Shown here piece by piece: positions 11,699 through 21,466 of a stretch of 38,334 nt of DNA (positions within the stretch are counted from its first letter, which is position 1; the number at the start of each line of letters is the position of its first letter). Source of the stretch: Eubacteriales bacterium (GTDB taxonomy: Bacteria > Bacillota > Clostridia > Oscillospirales > JAAYXM01); the NCBI GenBank assembly GCA_045629885.1, contig JAZQSB010000047.1, forward strand, positions 1 through 38,334, read 5' to 3'. The notes beneath the pieces are model-generated. The model ran no database searches. It saw only the letters and a program-made list of their open reading frames with translations, and was not told the origin of the DNA. Made by a program: the position numbers and the translations under genes.

Positions 11699-12547
11699 AT
11701 GTTTACCGCATTAATAGTTGAGCCGTTCGGGTGGCTTTTAAAGCTTTGTTATAATCTTGTCGGAAATTACGGTATAGCAATAATTATCTTCACGCTTCTT
11801 TCAAAGCTTGTTATTCTGCCTTTCCAGATGAAGAGCAAGAAAAGTATGATGGAAATGCAGAGGCTTCAGCCAAAACTTCGAGAGCTTGAAAAGAAGTATA
11901 AGGATGATAAGGAGCGCTATGCGCTTGAAACACAGAAGCTTTATAAAAAAGAAGGAGTTTCGATGTTTGGCGGATGTCTGCCTATGCTCATTACCCTTCC
12001 GATTATGATAGGGCTTTATTCTGTTGTCCGTCAGCCGCTTACTTATATTTTTGACATTACACCCGAGCAGATTCAGACGCTTGCCGATGCTTTCCGCGCG
12101 GCCGGCGCAAAGATTTCTTCAACAAGCGGATATATGCTTCAGATTGATGTTTGTTCGCTTATTTCAAAGTATCCGGACGTTGTAGCAAGCATTACTCCGA
12201 ACCTTACAAATCTGAACTTTAATTTTCTTGGAATTGATTTGTCTCTGATTCCAAATTTCAAGTATATTACAATTCTTTGGATAATTCCTGTTCTTTCAGG
12301 TCTTACGGCGTGGGTTTCAAACCTTCTTATACGTCGCAGCCAGGGAAAACAGATTACCGAGCAGGCAGCTGCAACAAACGGTATGATGAATATTATGATG
12401 CCGCTCATGTCAGTCTGGATTGCATTTATGGTTCCCGCAAGTCTCGGTCTTTACTGGATTATTTCAAACGTTTTGACTGCAGTTCAGGAGCCGCTTCTTA
12501 CGGCGTATTACAAAAACAAGGCTGAAAAAGCCGGGGAGGAAAAGTAA
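11699..12547 (+). CDS. yidC: Membrane protein insertase YidC/SpoIIIJ family
   Basis: 282 aa, multi-TM, with motifs KMQRLQPKLRELEKKYKDD and GCLPMLITLPI. Conserved synteny. Confidence 0.9.
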   Translation: MFTALIVEPFGWLLKLCYNLVGNYGIAIIIFTLLSKLVILPFQMKSKKSMMEMQRLQPKLRELEKKYKDDKERYALETQKLYKKEGVSMFGGCLPMLITLPIMIGLYSVVRQPLTYIFDITPEQIQTLADAFRAAGAKISSTSGYMLQIDVCSLISKYPDVVASITPNLTNLNFNFLGIDLSLIPNFKYITILWIIPVLSGLTAWVSNLLIRRSQGKQITEQAAATNGMMNIMMPLMSVWIAFMVPASLGLYWIISNVLTAVQEPLLTAYYKNKAEKAGEEK

Positions 12548-12550
12548 AAG

Positions 12551-13354
12551 ATGGCACAGAGTATTGAAATAAGTGCAAAGACAATAGATGCCGCTATAGA
12601 AAAAGGTCTTTTTGAGCTTTCACTTCAGCGCGAAGATGTTACTGTTGAAGTTCTTGAAAATCCCAAATCCGGATTTTTGGGAATCGGTGCAACGCCTGCA
12701 AAAATTCTTATGACGGTTCTTGGCTCTGATGGAGCAGTTCCGTCAAAAAAGGAAGAGAAAAAGGCTGAAAAAGCAGAAAAAAAGATTGAAAAGAAAAATG
12801 AAAATAAGGTAGTAAAAGAAGAAAAGAAGGAAAAAAAGGAAACTATTCCTGCAACGGGCGATGCTGCCGAATTTCTTTCAAAGGTTCTTTCATTCATCTG
12901 CGAGGATGTTCGCCTCGAACAGCATAAGTGTTCGGACGAAGGTACGGTAAGCTTTGAGATTGTGGGTGAAAATCTGGGAGGAATTATAGGTCGTCGAGGA
13001 GAAACACTTGATGCTCTTCAGCATCTTGCAAATCTTGCAGTTAACCGTTCCGGTAAGGAAAAGGTTCGCGTTCTTCTTGATGCGGAAAATTACCGTGAAA
13101 AGAGAGAAGAATCCCTTGCGAAGTTTGCAGACCGTACGGCAAGTCAGGTTCTTAAGTATAAGAGAAGCAAGGCTCTTGAGCCGATGAACGCATACGAGCG
13201 TCACATTATCCATGCTTCACTTCAAAACAGAGAAAATATCTCTACATCATCTGTCGGAACAGATCCCAACAGACGTGTTATCATTAACTACACAGGTCCA
13301 GATGCACGTCCGTCACGCCCTCCGCGCAGACGTTATAATAATTACAATAAGTAA
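12551..13354 (+). CDS. jag: Jag/KhpB RNA-binding protein (Jag_N, KH, R3H) with Lys/Glu-rich linker
   Basis: 267 aa. KH-like IIGRRGETLDALQHL and R3H-like ERHIIHASL. The low-complexity KKEEKKAEKAEKK linker is encoded at about 12740-12840. Confidence 0.85.
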   Translation: MAQSIEISAKTIDAAIEKGLFELSLQREDVTVEVLENPKSGFLGIGATPAKILMTVLGSDGAVPSKKEEKKAEKAEKKIEKKNENKVVKEEKKEKKETIPATGDAAEFLSKVLSFICEDVRLEQHKCSDEGTVSFEIVGENLGGIIGRRGETLDALQHLANLAVNRSGKEKVRVLLDAENYREKREESLAKFADRTASQVLKYKRSKALEPMNAYERHIIHASLQNRENISTSSVGTDPNRRVIINYTGPDARPSRPPRRRYNNYNK

Positions 13355-13364
13355 TATAAATAAT

Positions 13365-13401
13365 AAAAACAACCGTATGTTATTAAAATGCGGTTGTTTT
13401 T
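13365..13401. terminator. Bidirectional intrinsic terminator shared by convergent jag and rsmG
   Basis: AAAAACAACCG, a 15-nt loop, then CGGTTGTTTTT, with A/T runs on both sides. Confidence 0.7.
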
Positions 13402-13447
13402 ATTTTGCGCATATAAAAAGATTTTGTGCATTAATCCCAACCGTAAT

Positions 13448-14146
13448 TTAAAGCGGCTGGGATTTTATTTTTGCAAATCTTCTGGGATAACGTGCAGGTG
13501 TTGGTGCTGTTTTTCGGAATATAAGAACCGTATGTGTTATATCTGTTGTAGGGATTGTATAATCAACGCGCTTTTCAAGCGTTGCACCCAGCGTTTTAAA
13601 GGCATTTTCTGCACCATTTATCTCCTCTTCACAGTCACGTGCTTTCATAGCGAGAAAAACACCGCCAATCTTGACAAAAGGAAGGGTCAGCTCACATAGC
13701 ATACGTAAATCGGCAACTGCCCGAGAAACAGCAATATCAAAGCTTTCACGGTAGTTTTCTTTTGTGGCAAGTTCTTCAGCACGTGAATGAATGCACTCTA
13801 CATCTGAAAGAGAAAGACGGTCACAAATATTTTGCAAAAAGTCTATTCTCTTTGCCAGCGCATCAAGCAGGGTGAGCGAAATATCTTTCTTTGCTATACG
13901 GAGCGGAAGACCGGGAAAACCCGCTCCGCAGCCAACATCTATCACGCGCTTATGTGAAAAATCATATGCTGAAAGAAGAAATAGAGAGTCTGCAAAATGA
14001 CGCAGATTTACTTCATTGGGGTCGGTTATTGCCGTAAGGTTCATTACCTGATTTGCAGAAAGAAGCTCTTCGCGGAAAATATCAAAGTTTTCTGCATCGG
14101 CGCAAATATTCATTTTCAATAAAAGAGAAGAAAAAGAATTTTCCAT
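13448..14146 (-). CDS. rsmG: 16S rRNA (guanine527-N7)-methyltransferase RsmG/GidB
   Basis: 232 aa. SAM motif VIDVGCGAGFPGLPL and typical N-terminal NLTAITDPNEV. Confidence 0.9.
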   Translation of the reverse strand: MENSFSSLLLKMNICADAENFDIFREELLSANQVMNLTAITDPNEVNLRHFADSLFLLSAYDFSHKRVIDVGCGAGFPGLPLRIAKKDISLTLLDALAKRIDFLQNICDRLSLSDVECIHSRAEELATKENYRESFDIAVSRAVADLRMLCELTLPFVKIGGVFLAMKARDCEEEINGAENAFKTLGATLEKRVDYTIPTTDITHTVLIFRKTAPTPARYPRRFAKIKSQPL

Positions 14147-14183
14147 TATACAGCACTCCCCCGACTAAAAATTTTACGGATGA

Positions 14184-15548
14184 TTATTGTTCAATTTCGT
14201 GTAATTTCTTAAGTGTTTTTACAAGGAAAAATGCACACATAAGCATGGAAACAAGCTCTGCAAGCGGAAAAGCAAGCCACACGAGATTAAGATTCCCGGT
14301 TTTTGAGAGAAGCCAGGCAGACGGAATGAGAACCACAAGCTGGCGGCAAACTGATACGATAAAGGAGTGGCTTGGATTTCCTATTGCCTGGAAAACGGAA
14401 ATGGAAATAATGCAGAATCCAGCAAGCATAAAGTTTATTGCAATAATACGCAGCGCAGGGATGCCTATCTGGAGCATTTGCTGCGATGCGTTAAAAAATC
14501 CAAGAAGAAGACCGGGAACAGCTTCAAACACGATAAAGCCGCATGCCATAACGGAAAGAGCAGTAAAAAGGGAAAGCTTTATAGTCTTTTTCACGCGGTC
14601 AGGGCGGCGCGCACCATAATTGTATGCGATAATCGGAACCATACCGCTATTAAGACCGAACACCGGCATAAATATAAAGCTCTGAAGCTTGAAGTATGCT
14701 CCAAAAACAGCTGTAGCTGTTGTGGTAAAGCTTATTAAAATACGGTTTAGGAAAAAGTTCATTACAGAGCCGACAGACTGCATAAGAATTGACGGAAAAC
14801 CGACCTTATAAATGCGGCGCGCAACCTCTGTATCCCAGCGAATAAAGCGGAAGGAAAGGTTGATTTCGCGGTTTACCTTGATGTTAATGATTATTGCGAC
14901 TATTGCTGCGATAATCTGACCTGAAACAGTAGCAATTGCCGCACCTGCAACACCGAGCTTTGGAAATCCAAGCAGACCGAAAATGAGTATCGGGTCAAGA
15001 ATTATGTTGATAACAGCTCCGATAAGCTGAGTTATCATGGCAAGAGTAGTTTTACCGGTAGATTGCAAAAGACGTTCAAAACAAAACTGTGAAAATATTC
15101 CTATTGAAAAAATAAGGCATATTGAAGCATAGTCTACGCCATATTCGATAATTTCTGCAATGTCTGTCTGCAGGGCAAAAAACGGACGTGAAAAGATAGC
15201 ACCTATAATTGCAAACAGAATTGCGGTTGCAATTGATAGAAAAATACCGGTATTTGCTGAACGGTCAACCATTTCTTGCCTCTTTTCCCCTAATGAACGC
15301 GAGAGAAGAGCATTTATGCCGACTGCCGTACCTCCGCCAAATGCTATCATAAGATTCTGAAGAGGAAAAGCCAGAGAAACTGCCGTAAGTGCGTTTTCCG
15401 ATATGCGGGCAACAAAAATACTGTCAACAACGTTATAAAACGCCTGAACAAGCATTGAAATCATCATTGGTACTGCCATCCCGGCTAAAAGTCTGCCGAT
15501 AGGCTGAGTACCCATTTTATTTTCGGGGAGCTGATTTGCGTTTTCCAT
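14184..15548 (-). CDS. MATE family efflux transporter
   Basis: 454 aa, about 12 hydrophobic segments. N-terminus PIGRLLAGMAVPMMISMLVQAFYNVVDSIFV is typical of MATE/NorM. Confidence 0.88.
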   Translation of the reverse strand: MENANQLPENKMGTQPIGRLLAGMAVPMMISMLVQAFYNVVDSIFVARISENALTAVSLAFPLQNLMIAFGGGTAVGINALLSRSLGEKRQEMVDRSANTGIFLSIATAILFAIIGAIFSRPFFALQTDIAEIIEYGVDYASICLIFSIGIFSQFCFERLLQSTGKTTLAMITQLIGAVINIILDPILIFGLLGFPKLGVAGAAIATVSGQIIAAIVAIIINIKVNREINLSFRFIRWDTEVARRIYKVGFPSILMQSVGSVMNFFLNRILISFTTTATAVFGAYFKLQSFIFMPVFGLNSGMVPIIAYNYGARRPDRVKKTIKLSLFTALSVMACGFIVFEAVPGLLLGFFNASQQMLQIGIPALRIIAINFMLAGFCIISISVFQAIGNPSHSFIVSVCRQLVVLIPSAWLLSKTGNLNLVWLAFPLAELVSMLMCAFFLVKTLKKLHEIEQ

Positions 15549-15668
15549 TGAATTGTCCTTTCTGAAATCGCTGATTTCTCATAAATATATAACTATAATA
15601 TTATATATGAAAAATAATATAAGGTCAAGTTTTTTACCACCATTTTAATTTTTTTACAACAATTATAG

Positions 15669-15684
15669 TGTTCCACGTGGAACA
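15669..15684. promoter_or_regulatory. parS: parS site, perfect 16-bp palindrome TGTTCCACGTGGAACA
   Basis: Read directly. It matches the Firmicute parS consensus TGTTNCACGTGAAACA at 15/16 and lies 100 nt upstream of the noc-like gene. Confidence 0.85.
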
Positions 15685-15785
15685 CTACATGTTTCTACAA
15701 ATTAACACAGATACAGTGTGGTATGATAATAACAAATAAAATACACAAAAAACCTACAAAAAAATGAAAACGGAGGAATTTACAT

Positions 15786-16592
15786 ATGAAAAAAGAAGAT
15801 ATTATAACGCGAAGAGAAAAAATAATATACCTGCCATTGGATAAGATTTCTCCAAACCGTGCACAGCCACGTCGCAGATTCAATACAGAAGAACTGCAGG
15901 AGCTTGCTTTAAGTATACGTGAAAATGGGGTGCTGCAACCGGTTACTGTACGCCTTGTAAACCGTGAGTATATTCTTGTTGCAGGTGAAAGAAGGCTTCG
16001 AGCATCACATATTGCAGGGTTGCGCGAAATTCCCTGCCTTGTAATTGAGGTAGATGATAAAAAGTCTGCTTCCCTTGCGCTGCTTGAGAATTTGCAAAGA
16101 TCAGACCTCAGCTTTTTTGAAGAAGCGGAAGGAATGGCAAATCTTATGCGAGTGTGCGGATATACACAAGAGGATGTGGCAAAAAAATTAGGAAAATCTC
16201 AATCCGCTGTATCCAATAAACTGAGGCTCTTGAAGCTTGGAAGGGATATAATTCTGAAAATATCAGATGCGGGGCTGTGTGAACGCCACGCACGCGCGTT
16301 GCTGCGTCTTAATACGCGCGAAGAGCGCGTAACAGCGCTTAACTATATAATTGAAAATGAATTAAATGTATATAAGACGGATGAGTATATTGATTACCTT
16401 TTATCCGGTAAAAACAACAAAAGAAGAGAACTGCGTCGGGAAAGACAGAGATATGTAATAAAAGATGTGAGATTGTTCTATAATACCGTTGACCGTGCCG
16501 TGGACACGATGCGCCGTTCGGGAATTCGTGCTGATGTTGCAAAGAATGAAGATGATGTTTGCGTGAACTTAAACATAAAGATATTTAAGTAA
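15786..16592 (+). CDS. noc: ParB-family protein, Noc-like paralog
   Basis: 268 aa. ParB N-domain ISPNRAQPRRRF and GERRLRAS, and HTH GKSQSAVSNKLRLLKL. The C-terminus (KDVRLFYNTVDRAVDTMRRSGI...NLNIKIFK) resembles the B. subtilis Noc tail. It is the first of two parB genes flanking soj. Confidence 0.8.
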   Translation: MKKEDIITRREKIIYLPLDKISPNRAQPRRRFNTEELQELALSIRENGVLQPVTVRLVNREYILVAGERRLRASHIAGLREIPCLVIEVDDKKSASLALLENLQRSDLSFFEEAEGMANLMRVCGYTQEDVAKKLGKSQSAVSNKLRLLKLGRDIILKISDAGLCERHARALLRLNTREERVTALNYIIENELNVYKTDEYIDYLLSGKNNKRRELRRERQRYVIKDVRLFYNTVDRAVDTMRRSGIRADVAKNEDDVCVNLNIKIFK

Positions 16593-16608
16593 TGTTCCAC
16601 GTGGAACA
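16593..16608. promoter_or_regulatory. parS: parS site, second identical copy TGTTCCACGTGGAACA
   Basis: Read directly. It starts 1 nt after the noc-like stop codon and lies 15 bp upstream of the soj -35 hexamer. Confidence 0.85.
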
Positions 16609-16623
16609 TTTAAAAGATTGTTA

Positions 16624-16652
16624 TTGCACTTTGCTTTGCAAAGTGCTATAAT
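16624..16652 (+). promoter_or_regulatory. SigA-type promoter for soj-spo0J with a 9-3-9 palindrome filling the spacer
   Basis: TTGCAC (16624-16629), a 17-nt spacer, then TATAAT (16647-16652). The spacer holds GCACTTTGC-ttt-GCAAAGTGC (16626-16646), a perfect inverted repeat. Confidence 0.5.
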
Positions 16653-16701
16653 ATTATTATCGTCAACCAGACTTTTACGCTGGTCTATGGAGGTGGAATG
16701 T

Positions 16702-17481
16702 ATGGCAAAAATTATTGCAGTTGCAAATCAAAAGGGCGGTGTTGGAAAAACAACGACGTGTGTGAATCTTGCAGCAGCATTGCATATACTCAAAAAACGT
16801 GTGCTTCTTGTTGATATGGATCCACAGGGACATTCCAGCATCGGTTTTGGAGTGAACAAGCATGACAAGCTTCCTACAGCATATGATGTGATTGCAGATA
16901 CAGCTTCTGCGGCAGAGGTTATAAGAAAAACACCTTACGGAGACTTACTTCCGGCAAGTACAAACCTTGCTGCGGCAGAGGTTGAGCTTGTTTCGATGGA
17001 AAAGCGACATTATGTTTTGCGTGATGCTTTAAATTCAGTTTTAGACAGATATGATTTTATAATAATCGACTGTCCCCCTGCCTTGGGTATGCTCACGATA
17101 AACTCGTTGTGTGCAGCAGATTCGGTAATTGTTCCGGTAGATTGTGGATTTTACGCGCTTGAAGGTCTTTCAGCATTGACAGGCACAATGGCAACTCTTA
17201 AAAAAAGCTTTAATCCTGAGCTTGATATCGAAGGTGTGCTTCTTACAATGTTTGATTCCCGTACAAATCTTTCTGTTCAGATTGCTCAGGAAATAAAGCG
17301 ATTTTTCCCGAAAAAGGTATTTTCCGTAACTATTCCAAGAAACGTGCGCCTTGCGGAAGCTCCCAGCCACGGAAAACCGATTATGGAATATGACCGTCAT
17401 TCGCGCGGAGCAGATTGCTATATGCGTCTTGCGGAAGAACTTATAGATAAAAATTCGGAGGGGGTAAAGGAAAATGGCTAA
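16702..17481 (+). CDS. soj: ParA/Soj chromosome-partitioning ATPase
   Basis: ORF 16618..17481. I start at ATG 16702 (MAKIIAVANQKGGVGKTT, the deviant Walker A), which is preceded by GGAGGTGG. Confidence 0.93.
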   Translation: MAKIIAVANQKGGVGKTTTCVNLAAALHILKKRVLLVDMDPQGHSSIGFGVNKHDKLPTAYDVIADTASAAEVIRKTPYGDLLPASTNLAAAEVELVSMEKRHYVLRDALNSVLDRYDFIIIDCPPALGMLTINSLCAADSVIVPVDCGFYALEGLSALTGTMATLKKSFNPELDIEGVLLTMFDSRTNLSVQIAQEIKRFFPKKVFSVTIPRNVRLAEAPSHGKPIMEYDRHSRGADCYMRLAEELIDKNSEGVKENG

Positions 17482-18379
17482 AAAAGGGCTTGGTAAAGGC
17501 TTTGACACAGCATTTAAGGGTCTTGACGTTTTCTTTTCAAATGAAGAAAACGCAGAAAACATATCCTCTGCACAAGAAGAGGATACTGGGAAAGGCTCAC
17601 TTCTTATAAAACTTTCGGATATAGACCCCAACAAAAATCAGCCGAGAAAGCTATTTTTTGATGATTCTCTGGAAGAACTTGCGGAGTCAATACGTATCCA
17701 CGGGATTCTTCAGCCTCTGGCACTTCGCAGAAGTGAAGGAGGAAGATATCAGATTATTGCCGGCGAACGCCGCTTCAGAGCGGCAAAGCGCGCGGGCCTT
17801 GAAGAAGTTCCGGCTGTGATTGTTGATGCGGATGACCGTGCTGTGGCAGAACTTGCGCTTATAGAAAACCTTCAGCGTGAGGATTTAAATCCCGTTGAAG
17901 AAGCAGAAGGGTTTCACGCGCTTATAGAAGAGTTTTCACTCACACAGGAACAGGCGGCAGAGCGGCTTGGAAAATCCCGTTCAAGCCTTACGAACGCGAT
18001 GCGCATTCTTGCTCTCTCCCCTGAGGCTTTATCGCTTCTGCGTGAAGGCCGCATTGAGCGCGGACATGCAAAAGTAATTTTAGGTCTTTCTGATAAGAAT
18101 AAGCAGACAGAAGCGGCAAATATTGTTGCTGAAAAAGGACTTAACGTGCGTCAGACAGAAGAACTGGTGCGTCGTATGAACCGTTCTCTTCTCGCACCGC
18201 CGGAAGAAACAGATATTATTGAGGTTGATTATGTTGCGTCTCTTGAACGCGACCTTACCAAAAGCCTGGGAAGACGTGTAAAGCTTTCACACGGCAAGAA
18301 AAAAGGCACGCTGTCTCTTGAATATTACGGTAATGATGACCTGGACCGTCTTATCAAGATACTTAGTAAAATTAAATAG
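17474..18379 (+). CDS. spo0J: ParB/Spo0J chromosome-partitioning protein
   Basis: 301 aa. IDPNKNQPRKLF, GERRFRAA, IENLQREDLNPVEEA, and HTH GKSRSSLTNAMRILAL. It overlaps the soj stop. Confidence 0.93.
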   Translation: MAKKGLGKGFDTAFKGLDVFFSNEENAENISSAQEEDTGKGSLLIKLSDIDPNKNQPRKLFFDDSLEELAESIRIHGILQPLALRRSEGGRYQIIAGERRFRAAKRAGLEEVPAVIVDADDRAVAELALIENLQREDLNPVEEAEGFHALIEEFSLTQEQAAERLGKSRSSLTNAMRILALSPEALSLLREGRIERGHAKVILGLSDKNKQTEAANIVAEKGLNVRQTEELVRRMNRSLLAPPEETDIIEVDYVASLERDLTKSLGRRVKLSHGKKKGTLSLEYYGNDDLDRLIKILSKIK

Positions 18380-18391
18380 GAGATTGCAGAG

Positions 18392-18853
18392 ATGGACGAA
18401 AACAAAAAGAGTACAAAGCGCTTTCTCGTCATTTACAGCATTGCGATATTCGTTTTTGCGGTTGCGCTTATTCTTATTGCATCGCTTTCGCAGATGCGGA
18501 TAAACCGTGAGGCAGACGAGATTAAGGCACGACTTACAAATGCAGAAATCCTTGCTGCTGACAAACAGACACGACTTGATGCTGTAATGACGGAAAACTC
18601 ACGTCTGAATGAGCAGATAAAGAAGCTTGAAGCGGAAAAAGAAACACTTAAGGCAGAAAACCACACGCTTACTTCCGCAAAAGATACAGATGCAAAGCGT
18701 ATTGCTGCGTATCAGAAGCTTGCAGAGATGATAAATTACAAGAGATTAGGAAAGAAGCGCTCACTTAAAAATGCTATAGAGGCCTTTGAGGCGGGGAAAT
18801 ATCCGGAATGCCTCAACGTTGCAGACCTTGAAATTTATAATTCCATAAAATAA
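18392..18853 (+). CDS. Hypothetical membrane-anchored coiled-coil protein
   Basis: 153 aa. One N-terminal hydrophobic helix (FLVIYSIAIFVFAVALILIASL) followed by heptad-like, charged sequence. GGAG RBS 12 nt after the spo0J stop. Confidence 0.6.
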   Translation: MDENKKSTKRFLVIYSIAIFVFAVALILIASLSQMRINREADEIKARLTNAEILAADKQTRLDAVMTENSRLNEQIKKLEAEKETLKAENHTLTSAKDTDAKRIAAYQKLAEMINYKRLGKKRSLKNAIEAFEAGKYPECLNVADLEIYNSIK

Positions 18854-18870
18854 AACACAAAGGAAAGTGA

Positions 18871-20148
<1,278 letters not shown>

Positions 20149-20169
20149 CAAATAGTAATATTTTAAATA

Positions 20170-20204
20170 AAAACAACGCTGCGTTTAAAAAGCAACGTTG
20201 TTTT
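20170..20204. terminator. Intrinsic terminator after serS (also faces the convergent oxidoreductase gene)
   Basis: AAAACAACG ... CGTTGTTTT hairpin with flanking A/T runs. Confidence 0.6.
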
Positions 20205-20223
20205 GTATATTATTTAAAGCTTT

Positions 20224-21180
20224 TTATTCTTCATCGCCGTAAAGACGTTTTACTGCGTGGATAACGTCAAGACCGTATTCGCCGCAAACGGTAGGAGTTG
20301 TTTTTCCTTCGCGGAGAACATTGCAGACATCCTGAATTTGATATGTCATACCCGGGACGTACTCAAAATCTACTTGCTTAAAAATACCGTCAGAACCACA
20401 ATATGAAATGCTATGTTGACTCGGAAGGCGGATTTCGCCCTTTGTAAGATAGAGGGCAACTGTGTCGCATCCGGCAGGGATATGCCCGATAAGATTCAGC
20501 GTGCCGGTAACGCCATTTGTCATCTTTACAAATGCCTGGCAGCTGTCCTCGCAGTCATAACCTTCGCGGATATGTACGTTTCCATGAATTTCCTCAATTT
20601 CAGAGTCTGTGAAGTATTTCATCTTATCAAGGCAGTGCGCGCCAAGATTCATCATGATACCGCCGCCGGACATCTTTTTGGTAAGAAACCATCTTGGACG
20701 ATCATCGGAAAAGTAATTCATATTTCTTGTTTCGTGGAAGCTTACAAGCTCTCCAAGCTCTCCGGAATCAATAAGCTTTTTGGCATAGACATTAGAGGGC
20801 ATATATCTCTGAAGATGACCTATCCAGAGCATAACGTTGTTTTTTTTGCAACAATCAATCATATTGCGACAATCTTCGCTGGAAATGCCCATCGGCTTTT
20901 CAAGAAAAACATTTACTCCGCGCTCTGCGCAGTAGCACGTTGCCTCTCCGTGAAGACCGTGCGGAAGAGTGATAATTGCAAAATCTATGTCGCCCTTCAG
21001 TTCATCAATCATCGCCTTATAATCCGTGTACGGCGCGGCTCCGGTAACATCGCAGACGTGCTTTAAATTCGCCTCTGAAAGGTCACAGGCAGCAATGATT
21101 GATGCGTCGTCAATCGTCTTAAACGCATGGATATGAGCGGAACTAATTTTTCCGCAGCCAATAAGTGCGGCTTTAATCAT
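20224..21180 (-). CDS. Gfo/Idh/MocA family NAD(P)-dependent oxidoreductase
   Basis: 318 aa. N-terminal Rossmann motif MIKAALIGCGKISSAH, EKP motif (FLEKPM), and a C-terminal alpha/beta domain. Confidence 0.85.
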   Translation of the reverse strand: MIKAALIGCGKISSAHIHAFKTIDDASIIAACDLSEANLKHVCDVTGAAPYTDYKAMIDELKGDIDFAIITLPHGLHGEATCYCAERGVNVFLEKPMGISSEDCRNMIDCCKKNNVMLWIGHLQRYMPSNVYAKKLIDSGELGELVSFHETRNMNYFSDDRPRWFLTKKMSGGGIMMNLGAHCLDKMKYFTDSEIEEIHGNVHIREGYDCEDSCQAFVKMTNGVTGTLNLIGHIPAGCDTVALYLTKGEIRLPSQHSISYCGSDGIFKQVDFEYVPGMTYQIQDVCNVLREGKTTPTVCGEYGLDVIHAVKRLYGDEE

Positions 21181-21274
21181 AATGAAAACAACCCCTTCTT
21201 CAAATAGGAAAAATTAACTAATTATATTTATTGTACCATAAACAAAAAATCCTTGCAACAAAAAAAGAGTATAA

Positions 21275-21412
21275 ATGAGAAAATTTTGTTCAAGTGTTCT
21301 CTTTCCAAGCATCAAACTGCGGATTATATATGAAATTTGCGAAGGGTTTGAGATGGACATAAAAGAGTTTTTCGACCAACGGCTTTTTAACAGAGAAAAT
21401 CTTATAGATTAA
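21275..21412 (+). pseudogene. Possible remnant of an XRE-family HTH regulator (C-terminal half of the HTH domain only)
   Basis: 45-codon ORF MRKFCSSVLFPSIKLRIIYEICEGFEMDIKEFFDQRLFNRENLID. The segment PSIKLRIIYEICEGFEMDIKEFF resembles the P-S-x-x-x-L-x-K-I-x-x-A-L-x-x-x-x-x-E-F-F end of XRE HTH domains. No N-terminal helices, a stop codon immediately upstream, and no clear RBS. Confidence 0.25.
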
Positions 21413-21417
21413 AATGT

Positions 21418-21455
21418 AAGAAGTGAGTTTGTTCAGAAGAATAAACTCACTTCTT
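21418..21455. terminator. Strong hairpin terminator downstream of the MBOAT-DHHW operon
   Basis: 13-bp perfect stem AAGAAGTGAGTTT, 12-nt loop, AAACTCACTTCTT. T-rich flank on both strands. Confidence 0.7.
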
Positions 21456-21466
21456 AGCTTATATTT

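Noticed and set aside
20413-21066. 217-aa plus-strand ORF inside the Gfo/Idh/MocA gene
   Set aside because: Antisense shadow ORF with no recognisable motif or RBS. The minus-strand product has a Rossmann GxGxxS N-terminus and full family length.
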